A stretch of 32,000 nucleotides of DNA from Candidatus Electronema aureum (GTDB taxonomy: Bacteria > Desulfobacterota > Desulfobulbia > Desulfobulbales > Desulfobulbaceae), in contig NQJD01000005.1 in NCBI GenBank assembly GCA_004284765.1, forward strand, positions 86,618 to 118,617. Direction: 5' to 3'. Shown here one piece after another: positions 1 to 7,773 of the stretch (its first letter is position 1; each line of letters opens with the position of its first letter). A program made the translations under genes and the position numbers. The notes under the pieces were generated by a model. The model saw only the letters and a program-made list of their open reading frames with translations. It did not search any database and had not been told where the DNA came from.

Positions 1-2
1 CG

Positions 3-1070
3 GATGAAAACTGCATTCGTTGTCACAACCGTTCAGGCCGGATTGGCATTTCCTACACCGGACTCTTTGAAGGCGAAGGCTACGGCACACCTTACGAGAA
101 AGGCGGGCCGTCCTCAAAGAAGCTGCCAGGCGGACGTTTTTATCTCGAAATTGCTGAAGATGTGCATCACAAGAAAGGTATGTCCTGTATCGACTGCCAC
201 ACCCGCGAGGAAATCATGGGTGATGGTACCCAGTACACCCACTACGAGGAGCAGCTGGAGATCAGCTGCGCTGGTTGTCACACCGCCGAGCCAGGCTTGA
301 CTCGCAAGGGCCGTAAAGTCACCAATATAAAAAAAGAAAAGGACAGCTTTGTTCTCACTGGGCGCAATGATGGCCAAGTCCGCCCGCTCAAGCCACCCAA
401 GCAGGATGCCTGCGCTTATCCGGGCCATAAACGGCTCTCTTGCGAGTCTTGCCACGCTACTTGGGTGCCACAGTGTTACGGTTGCCACGTCAAACGCGAC
501 ATGAGTGATACCGATTTGGACAAACTTAGTCTTCAGGAAACGCCGGGCTGGTGGAAGGAAGGCCGCTCCTACATTCGCTACGAGCAGCCCATGCTTGGGG
601 TGTGGAAGGACAAAGTGGTGATTGTTACGCCCGGCTGTCAGGATGTGGTCACGCTGATTGATAAAAACGGCAAAGTAGAAGGCGGCTTCAATCGCTTCAC
701 AATGGCGGCGATCAATCCGCACACCACCCAAGCCCAAGGCAGACCCTGCGCTGACTGTCACACTTCAACCAAGACCGTCGGCCTCGGTCAAGGCACGGTG
801 ACAAAAAAGAACGGCAAATGGGAATTTTATCCGGTGGGTCAGGGGGTGGAAACGCTCAAAGGTAGAACTGTGCCTTTAGATGCTTTCGTGACTATTGATG
901 GTCAGCAGCTACAGCACGGTTCCCGGCCTGATTTACGTCCCTTTAATGCCGAGGAACTGCGGCGCATTCTGCGAGTTGGGCTATGCTTGCAATGTCACAA
1001 GCGGTACGATGATCCGGCTTATAAGGATTATGACGGGAAGCGGATTTGCCCTAAGTATCAGGAGCCATGA
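3..1070 (+). CDS. multiheme c-type cytochrome, C-terminal part (5' end outside window)
   Basis: Frame 3 is open from base 3 (DENCIRCH...), so the start lies upstream of the window. Seven CxxCH heme-binding motifs are visible (CIRCH, CIDCH, CAGCH, CESCH, CYGCH, CADCH, CLQCH). Stop at 1068-1070. Confidence 0.85.
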   Translation, partial: DENCIRCHNRSGRIGISYTGLFEGEGYGTPYEKGGPSSKKLPGGRFYLEIAEDVHHKKGMSCIDCHTREEIMGDGTQYTHYEEQLEISCAGCHTAEPGLTRKGRKVTNIKKEKDSFVLTGRNDGQVRPLKPPKQDACAYPGHKRLSCESCHATWVPQCYGCHVKRDMSDTDLDKLSLQETPGWWKEGRSYIRYEQPMLGVWKDKVVIVTPGCQDVVTLIDKNGKVEGGFNRFTMAAINPHTTQAQGRPCADCHTSTKTVGLGQGTVTKKNGKWEFYPVGQGVETLKGRTVPLDAFVTIDGQQLQHGSRPDLRPFNAEELRRILRVGLCLQCHKRYDDPAYKDYDGKRICPKYQEP

Positions 1071-1146
1071 TTCTGTAGACCTCTTGCATAAATCGCAGTT
1101 AAGCTATGTCTTCTCGCTACGATGCACGTAGATACTGTTGTCCGAG

Positions 1147-2055
<909 letters not shown>

Positions 2056-2198
2056 CTACGTCGCGGAGTCTTTGCTCCAAGGGGCGAATCTTGTGATCTC
2101 CCTAGATGCTTGCAAGAGAGGGAAGCAAGACGGCAGGAGTATCGGCACCTCTCCGCCCTTGGTAGGACATCACCTCAACCGCCGGACACTATTTATTT

Positions 2199-2957
2199 AT
2201 GCAGATACAGAAAACACCTGCCGACAGCATCCGCTCCTGGCTCGCCTGCCGATACGGAGGCGTGCTGATCTTCCTTCTCGTGTACCTCTGCCTTTCCTTT
2301 GCCACCCGCGCCACGCTTCTTCTGCAAACCACCTCCAATCACAGGCCCTTCACCTTCCCAGAGGGACAGATTGATCTGCCCTCGCTCACCTCAGGCCGGA
2401 AGGGTGGAGTCAAGTACAGTGATCATGCTATTGGTGAGTTCATCCGCAATGCCTCCAGCAAGCCGTGGTTCAAGAACACCGTCTTCGTGATTGTCGCTGA
2501 TCACTGTGCTTCCAGTGCAGGCAAGACTGAGCTGCCGGTGGATAAGTACCATATCCCTCTGCTGATCTACGCCCCAGGTGGCCAGATTGCGCCCGGTAAG
2601 GTGGATACCCTGATGAGCCAGATGGACTATGCACCCACCCTACTGGGCCTCCTGCACTGGACATACCCTAGTCGCTTCTTTGGTCACGATGTCCGCAAGA
2701 TCAAGCCCGCTACCGATGCTCATGCCCTGCTGGGGAACTATCAAAAGGTCGGCCATATAGAGGACGGAAAAATGACGGTGCTTGCTCCAAAGCAGGTCAA
2801 AACCTTCTATGACGTTGCTGCTGATTCAACTTTGCGGCAGCGCAGCTCCTTGCCCAAAGAGAATGAAGAGGAAGCAATCAGCTATTATCAGATGGCTGAC
2901 TACCTTTTTGATCAGCATACCTACAGCGAGCTGAAGGCAGAGGAGTTTGCCAAATAG
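2199..2957 (+). pseudogene. sulfatase-like (LTA synthase / phosphoglycerol transferase family) gene with large internal deletion
   Basis: The C-terminal ~190 aa (KYSDHAIGEFIRNASSKPWFKNTVFVIVADHCAS...MDYAPTLLGLL) match the end of the sulfatase catalytic domain of this family. The N-terminal ~45 aa look like a first transmembrane helix (YGGVLIFLLVYLCLSFATRATLLL). At 252 aa it is far shorter than the several-hundred-aa full-length family, so most of the membrane and catalytic domains are missing. Confidence 0.55.
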
Positions 2958-3080
2958 ATATCTTGCTGGATTCCCTCGGACATATATCCCAATTTCCCGC
3001 CTCTGTTCTTGACCAAAAACCTGGAGTTCTCATACTACCAGCCTGCCGCTGCCCGTATCTGCCGGGCATTTTGCCTAGTA

Positions 3081-3128
3081 AAATGAGGTGGCCACCTCAT
3101 TGTTCGGGCTGACCGAATCGTTTACTAT
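3081..3128 (+). promoter_or_regulatory. promoter/operator module copy 1 (AAATGAG-N7-CCTCATTG-N2-CGGGC, then -10)
   Basis: Perfect 20-bp palindrome AATGAGGTGGCCACCTCATT at 3082-3101. The -35-like TTGTTC (3100-3105) is followed by a 17-nt spacer and -10 TACTAT (3123-3128). It lies 35 nt upstream of the permease start. The same module recurs at 6288-6335 and 13474-13521. Confidence 0.6.
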
Positions 3129-3163
3129 CCGCAGATACGATCAGCGGATACACCAACTAGACT

Positions 3164-4087
3164 ATGATGCAACAGACGCTCCGGCTCATGCTCACCCTGC
3201 TGGGCGTGTCGCTGCTTACCTTCCTGCTGTTGGAATTTGTGCCGGGCGACGCGGCAGAGCTGCTGCTCAGTGGCCAGCAGAACCTAAGCACCGAGAAGAT
3301 CACCGCGCTTCGGCAGGAGCTGGGCTTGGACGCGCCGCTGCCGCTGCGTTATCTCCGCTGGCTGAGACGCGCTGCTGTGCTCGACTTCGGCACGTCCTTC
3401 CGCAGCGGCGAGCCAGTCAGCCAAGAGCTGCTGCGCTGCCTGCCAATCACCCTGACGCTGGCCTGCTGCACCTTCTGCTTCGCAATCAGCATGGCGATGG
3501 CGGGCGGCATCGTTGCCGCGCTCTTGCAGAATCGGTTGCCCGACAAGATCCACCGCCTCTGGACAGTGCTGGCGGTCTCCGTTCCAGACTATTGGATGGG
3601 CCTGATGCTCCTGCTGATCTTCGGCCTCAAGCTGCGCTGGCTGCCAGTGGCAGGCGGCAGCGGCCTGAAGATATACATCCTGCCAACGCTTGCCCTCGGC
3701 CTCTCGGTCTCGGCAGCAGAAGGCCGGGTCTTCCGCGCCAGCATCATTGAGGTCATGAACCAAGACTGGGTGCTCTTTGCCCGCGCCAAAGGCCTGAGCC
3801 GGACGCAGGTCTTCCTTGGTCATGTCCTCAAGCCTGCACTGCTGCCGATGCTCTCCATCTGGGGAATGCTGCTGGGGCATCTGCTCGGCGGCGCGGTAGT
3901 GGTGGAGTCAGTCTTCTCACTGCCCGGATTGGGCAAGCTGGCTGCTGACGCAGTGCTGCAACGGGACATGCCAATGGTGCAGGGAACGGTTCTTCTAATG
4001 ACCTTCTTCTTTGTTGCAGCAAGCACTGTCATGGAGTCGGCACGGGCCGCGCTGCTGCCATTCCGGTCTGAGGCTCGGCTGCACTAG
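3164..4087 (+). CDS. ABC transporter permease, Dpp/Nik/Opp type (DppB/NikB-like)
   Basis: The N-terminus LRLMLTLLGVSLLTFLLLEFVPGDAAELL and the LGLDAPLPLRYLRWL motif are typical of DppB/NikB-family permeases, and the protein is multi-TM. Confidence 0.85.
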   Translation: MMQQTLRLMLTLLGVSLLTFLLLEFVPGDAAELLLSGQQNLSTEKITALRQELGLDAPLPLRYLRWLRRAAVLDFGTSFRSGEPVSQELLRCLPITLTLACCTFCFAISMAMAGGIVAALLQNRLPDKIHRLWTVLAVSVPDYWMGLMLLLIFGLKLRWLPVAGGSGLKIYILPTLALGLSVSAAEGRVFRASIIEVMNQDWVLFARAKGLSRTQVFLGHVLKPALLPMLSIWGMLLGHLLGGAVVVESVFSLPGLGKLAADAVLQRDMPMVQGTVLLMTFFFVAASTVMESARAALLPFRSEARLH

Positions 4088-4110
4088 ACTGCCTAACTTT
4101 CCCTGTATAC

Positions 4111-4194
4111 GAAACCATGCATTTGATTGGATCGAAACCATGCATTTGATCGGATCGAAACCATGCATTTGATCGGGACGAAACCATGCATTCG
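4111..4194. repeat. 23-bp tandem repeat, about 3.6 copies (GAAACCATGCATTTGATYGGATC)
   Basis: Units at 4111-4133, 4134-4156 and 4157-4179, plus a partial unit from 4180. The copies differ at only 1-2 positions. The array is non-coding (period not a multiple of 3) and sits between the permease and the receptor gene. Confidence 0.9.
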
Positions 4195-4241
4195 TGGATG
4201 CTCCGGCTATAACAAAAGACCTACTACAACATGAGGAGACG

Positions 4242-6251
4242 ATGAAGAGCACAGCTGTTTCAGTGGCGGCGATGACTGCCGTCCTGACGATTATGAACGG
4301 GCCGTCCGCTGCCCAAGAGCAGGCGCACACCATGAACGAGATCGTGGTCACTGCAACCAAGACCGAGCGCGAGGTGAAGGAGATTCCCACCAACGTGGCC
4401 GTGCTGACCGAAAAGGACATTGAGCAGATCCAGCCAACAGACACTATGGATCTGCTCCGCCATGTGCCTGGCTTGGTGCTCAACGGCATGGGCAGCAGCA
4501 AGGCATCGCATTATGCGGGAGTACGCGGTATGCAGCCCTCGTCGCGGGGCATGTTGCTGCTGATGGACGGGATTGAGATGAATGATCCCAGCAACTACCT
4601 CTCTGTTTCGACCATTCCGCTGGATGCCATCGAGCGAATCGAAGTGATTAAAACGCCTGCCTCGGTGCTCTACGGCCCGGCAGCAGTTGGCGGCGTGATT
4701 AACATCATCACCAAGAAGCCAAGCAAGCCGCTGGAGGCTAGGGTTGCAGCAGGCTATGGCTCCTTTGAGCGCAAGGAAGTGTCAGCGAATATCGCCGGAC
4801 TGCGGGAGAGCGGCCTCACCTACGGCCTCAATTATCAGATGCTGGACAGCGACGGCTACCGCGACAATAGCTGGCGCACGCAGCACGCCTTCACCCCGCG
4901 CCTTGGTTATCTTGGCGAGCAGGTGGACTTTGACCTTGTTGCCAACGTGGTTGATGCGGAATACGCCTTCCCCGGCGGTCTGCCTCTGAGCACGTGGGAA
5001 CAGGATCCAACCAAGTCCCTCCAGCCTGACCGCGAGGGCGATTCGGTCAAGAGCACAGTCGGCGCGACCATGAACTGGAGCCTGAACGAGAGCAACATCC
5101 TCAAGCTGAAGACCTCCTACCGCGACAACGACTGGGAGACTGAGGACTACGGCATGTTCTTCAAGGGCGATAACTACAAGGTCTGGACGGGCGAGGCCGC
5201 CTATCAGCACCTTGCGGTCATCAATGGGATGCGCAACTCGCTGCTCCTTGGCACAGAATACCGGGACCTGAACAATGAGCCGAGCATGTACATGGACGAT
5301 CAGCACGGCTCCATGCTCCTTAGCCAAGCGAAGATTCAGGAGCAGATCACCGGCTTCTTTGTTCAAGATGAGCTGTCGCCAACGGACAAGCTGCTGCTCA
5401 ACCTCGGTGTGCGCTACGACCAGATTGACACTGACTTCACCAACAAGCTGATGTCCTTAGCCAGCTTTGACAGCTCGCATGACAAGTGGAGTCCGCGCTT
5501 TGGCCTGACCTACACGGTCGCGCCAGAGCTGGCCTTCTTCGGCAACTACTCGCAGGGCATCCGCTCGGTCAACTTGGCCCGCTCGGCCTTCCAGCTCAAG
5601 AGCAACATCGTGCCGGAGACTGAGGAGAGCATTGAGGTCGGCCTGCGCGGCGTGCTGGGCGGGGTGATGGAATACACGGTGGCAGGCTTCCAAGTCAATA
5701 CCGAGGACAAGATCATCCAGAAGGAGCGGTATCTGTATGAGAACGCGGGCGAGGCCGAGTCCAAGGGCATCGAGGCCAGCCTGACCCGCAGCCTTCCCTG
5801 CGGCTTCTACGCCTCAGCAGACTACACCTACATCAATGCTGAGTTCACCGAGTTCTCCACGTCCAGCACCACGCCAGACGCGGCCATCTCCTACAACGGC
5901 AAGCGCGTGCCGTTGGTGCCGGAGAACATCTTCGGCCTGACCGTTGGCAGGAAGGACCCGCTCTATGGCCACCTGAGCGCATCGCTCCGTTATGTGGACG
6001 AGAAGTTCATTGACAACGCCAACACCCTCAGCTTGGGCGACTACACAGTGGTGGACGTGAAGTACACGGTCGGCTTGCAGGCGCTCTTCCCGACGGCACA
6101 GGGCTGGGACTTCACCTTGGCCGTCAACAACCTCTTTGACGAGACCTACGCTGAGTACGGCGAGGCCAACGGCGGCTCCTATGTTCCTGAGCCGGTGGCC
6201 TTCCCGGCGGACGGCGTGTCGGTCTTTGGTGGTATCAGCTATTCGTTCTGA
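4242..6251 (+). CDS. TonB-dependent outer-membrane receptor 1
   Basis: GGAGA RBS before the ATG at 4242. Signal peptide MKSTAVSVAAMTAVLTIMNGPSAAQE, TonB-box-like EIVVTATK, plug motif IERIEVIKTPASVLYGPAAVGGVINIITK, a long beta-barrel region and a terminal ...GGISYSF. Confidence 0.9.
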   Translation: MKSTAVSVAAMTAVLTIMNGPSAAQEQAHTMNEIVVTATKTEREVKEIPTNVAVLTEKDIEQIQPTDTMDLLRHVPGLVLNGMGSSKASHYAGVRGMQPSSRGMLLLMDGIEMNDPSNYLSVSTIPLDAIERIEVIKTPASVLYGPAAVGGVINIITKKPSKPLEARVAAGYGSFERKEVSANIAGLRESGLTYGLNYQMLDSDGYRDNSWRTQHAFTPRLGYLGEQVDFDLVANVVDAEYAFPGGLPLSTWEQDPTKSLQPDREGDSVKSTVGATMNWSLNESNILKLKTSYRDNDWETEDYGMFFKGDNYKVWTGEAAYQHLAVINGMRNSLLLGTEYRDLNNEPSMYMDDQHGSMLLSQAKIQEQITGFFVQDELSPTDKLLLNLGVRYDQIDTDFTNKLMSLASFDSSHDKWSPRFGLTYTVAPELAFFGNYSQGIRSVNLARSAFQLKSNIVPETEESIEVGLRGVLGGVMEYTVAGFQVNTEDKIIQKERYLYENAGEAESKGIEASLTRSLPCGFYASADYTYINAEFTEFSTSSTTPDAAISYNGKRVPLVPENIFGLTVGRKDPLYGHLSASLRYVDEKFIDNANTLSLGDYTVVDVKYTVGLQALFPTAQGWDFTLAVNNLFDETYAEYGEANGGSYVPEPVAFPADGVSVFGGISYSF

Positions 6252-6287
6252 GGCAGGCCGCCCGAAAGCCGGGAGCTTTGCCTATGG

Positions 6288-6335
6288 AAATGAGCTTCCC
6301 GCCTCATTGTCCGGGCAGTGCTGGCTTGTTATAGT
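6288..6335 (+). promoter_or_regulatory. promoter/operator module copy 2 (upstream of precursor peptide)
   Basis: AAATGAG (6288-6294), N7, CCTCATTG (6302-6309), TC, CGGGC (6312-6316). The -35-like TTGTCC (6307-6312) is followed by a 17-nt spacer and -10 TATAGT (6330-6335). TTTGCCTA lies 3 nt upstream (6277-6284), as in copy 1 (3070-3077). Confidence 0.6.
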
Positions 6336-6464
6336 AGGCAATTGAAAAGCAGCGGCATCCCCCAGCACTACCGCCGCTGCGTTTGGATGTCTGAGCTTTG
6401 CCCAACGGCGGTCTGCAATTCCGCAGGCCGCTTATCACAACCCTTCAACACTAAGGTGATTGAA

Positions 6465-6656
6465 ATGGCTATTCAAGCAGAAGTTCTCAAGCCCGAGTCT
6501 TCGTACAACGCTGCTCCCTGCGCTTGCTGCCACGGCGGTGCCTATCAGGCTGCGCCGTGCGCCTGCTGTCATGGCGGAGCGTACCAAGCCGCACCGTGTG
6601 CATGTTGCCACGGTGGTGCCTATCAGGCTGCCCCCGCAGCGTGCTGCCACGGCTGA
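6465..6656 (+). CDS. RiPP (TOMM-type) precursor peptide with repeated Cys/His-rich cores
   Basis: AAGGTG RBS 6 nt before the ATG at 6465. The 63-aa product is MAIQAEVLKPESSYN-(AAPCACCHGGAYQ)x3-AAPAACCHG. It sits immediately upstream of E1-like, YcaO and SagB-type genes on the same strand. Confidence 0.8.
   Translation: MAIQAEVLKPESSYNAAPCACCHGGAYQAAPCACCHGGAYQAAPCACCHGGAYQAAPAACCHG
6510..6653 (+). repeat. 39-bp coding tandem repeat (3 full units plus one 27-bp unit) inside the precursor gene
   Basis: Units at 6510-6548, 6549-6587, 6588-6626 and 6627-6653. The three full units encode identical 13-aa peptides but differ at 9, 7 and 12 of 13 codons pairwise, and every difference is synonymous. 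Confidence 0.9.
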
Positions 6657-6693
6657 GAGTAACGGTCGGAGCACTCTGACCTGAACGAAAAAA

Positions 6694-6728
6694 GGGGGCC
6701 TGCCTATCGGCAAGCCCCCTTTTCTTTG
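6694..6728 (+). terminator. intrinsic terminator / attenuator hairpin after the precursor gene
   Basis: GGGGGCCTGCC (6694-6704), loop TATC, GGCAAGCCCCC (6709-6719) with one mismatch, followed by TTTTCTTTG. Confidence 0.6.
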
Positions 6729-6732
6729 CAAC

Positions 6733-6870
6733 AAGGTGAGTGCGGTTCCAGCAGAAGTTCTCAAGCCCGAGTCTTTGCGCAACGCCACATCCTGCGCCTG
6801 CTGCCTCTGCCCCCGCAGAGACGAGCAGGCCATTCACCTCTTTTATCATTCTAGCCGCTCTGGAAACGCC
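6733..6870 (+). other. second, degraded copy of the precursor 5' region, in frame with the downstream E1-like gene
   Basis: AAGGTGA followed by agcagaagttctcaagcccgagtctt repeats 6453-6500 almost exactly. It would encode (V)SAVPAEVLKPESLRNATSCACCLCPRRDEQ.... The ATG is replaced, the only in-frame GTG (6736) sits inside the SD-like sequence, and there is no stop codon before the ATG at 6871. Confidence 0.6.
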
Positions 6871-7767
6871 ATGCAACAAAATGTTCTAAAACTCTGCCGC
6901 TGCCGCCAGATTCCTGTGCAGGAGCACAAGCTGCTGCTCAAATCAGCGGACACGTCGCTCTCTCTCGCCGCTGAGGGCATCCAGCGGCTGGCGGACTGCC
7001 TGCTGCCCCTGCTCGACGGCAGCCGCACTGAAGCGCAGGTGCTTGCTGCTGTGCCGACGGATTTACAGGAAGGGGCCAAGGAGCTGCTCCAGCTCTTTGC
7101 CAAGGAAGGCTTTCTCAGCACAGAACCGGCCAAGAGGCTGGCTGACTGCCGCATTGTCCTGATTGGTGGAGGACGGCTGGCGCAGAAGATCGCCCAGAGC
7201 TTGCGGGAGTCCGGCGCAGCGCAGTTAGAAGAACTCAGCGGCAGCGAGCCGGACAGCTGGTCTTTGCTGGAACGGCTGCGCAGTGCCGACATGGCTGTGG
7301 TCTGCACTGATCTCCCCCGCCCGGATATCTGCGAGCTGGTCAACAAGGCCGCCCTGACCCGCAAGCTGCCGTGGCTGCTGGTACAGATGGACGGCAGGGA
7401 CGGCTGGGTTGGGCCGCTTTTCATTCCCAGAGAGACTGGCTGCTATACCTGCCTGAGGCAGCGGCTGCTCTCCTGCTCCTTCCACGCGGAGACGGACAAG
7501 GCTGTCCATGCCGCCGCCTTGCGCACGCCTTTCACTGAGACGCTGGAGCTGCTGCCGCCCTTCGCCGACCTGCTTGCGGCTCTGGCCGCGCTGGAGGTCA
7601 TCCGCCACCTGACCGAACTTAGTCCGCCGCTCACGTATCAGGCCCAGCTGCTGCTGGACTGCATCACTGGCATTTCCCGCAGGGACGTGCTGCACCGGAT
7701 TCCGCGCTGTCCGGCCTGCTCCGAGACTGCCGAGCAGGTTTCCGCCATCCAGCCTTTCTCAGGGTGA
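6871..7767 (+). CDS. E1-like/ThiF-like TOMM leader-peptide-binding protein (cyclodehydratase partner with N-terminal RRE)
   Basis: PqqD-like RRE signature LLPLLDGSRTEAQVLAAV, Rossmann-like CRIVLIGGGRLAQKIAQSL, and CxxC pairs (GCYTCLRQR and RCPACS) as in E1-like/SagC-type proteins. Its stop lies 6 nt before the YcaO start. The start could instead be 6736 if the upstream relic is translated. Confidence 0.75.
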   Translation: MQQNVLKLCRCRQIPVQEHKLLLKSADTSLSLAAEGIQRLADCLLPLLDGSRTEAQVLAAVPTDLQEGAKELLQLFAKEGFLSTEPAKRLADCRIVLIGGGRLAQKIAQSLRESGAAQLEELSGSEPDSWSLLERLRSADMAVVCTDLPRPDICELVNKAALTRKLPWLLVQMDGRDGWVGPLFIPRETGCYTCLRQRLLSCSFHAETDKAVHAAALRTPFTETLELLPPFADLLAALAALEVIRHLTELSPPLTYQAQLLLDCITGISRRDVLHRIPRCPACSETAEQVSAIQPFSG

Positions 7768-7773
7768 GCCGCC

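Noticed and set aside
3082-3101. Assigning the palindrome to NikR, Fur or Zur
   Set aside because: The ATGA/TCAT half-sites are only loosely reminiscent of these operators, and the spacing (AATGAG-N8-CTCATT) matches no operator consensus I can recall with confidence. The regulator is left unassigned.
3088-3750. A 220-aa + strand ORF overlapping the permease gene in another frame
   Set aside because: It has the Ala/Arg/Pro-rich composition typical of off-frame translation in GC-rich DNA. The overlapping frame encodes a clear DppB/NikB-like permease.
4194-4241. The start of receptor 1 at 4194 as given by the ORF track
   Set aside because: That start lies inside the 23-bp repeat array. The ATG at 4242 has a GGAGA RBS and is followed directly by a signal peptide.
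6510-6653. The 39-bp DNA repeats as a CRISPR array or non-coding VNTR
   Set aside because: There are no spacers. The period is a multiple of 3, the repeats are in frame, all differences between units are synonymous, and the array lies inside an ORF with a good RBS. It is a coding repeat.
6318-6656. The full 112-aa ORF from the track taken as the precursor gene
   Set aside because: The upstream ATGs (6318, 6387) have no ribosome-binding site. The ATG at 6465 has AAGGTG at ideal spacing, and the duplicated copy at 6733 begins its similarity at that SD. The 63-aa form is the supported one.
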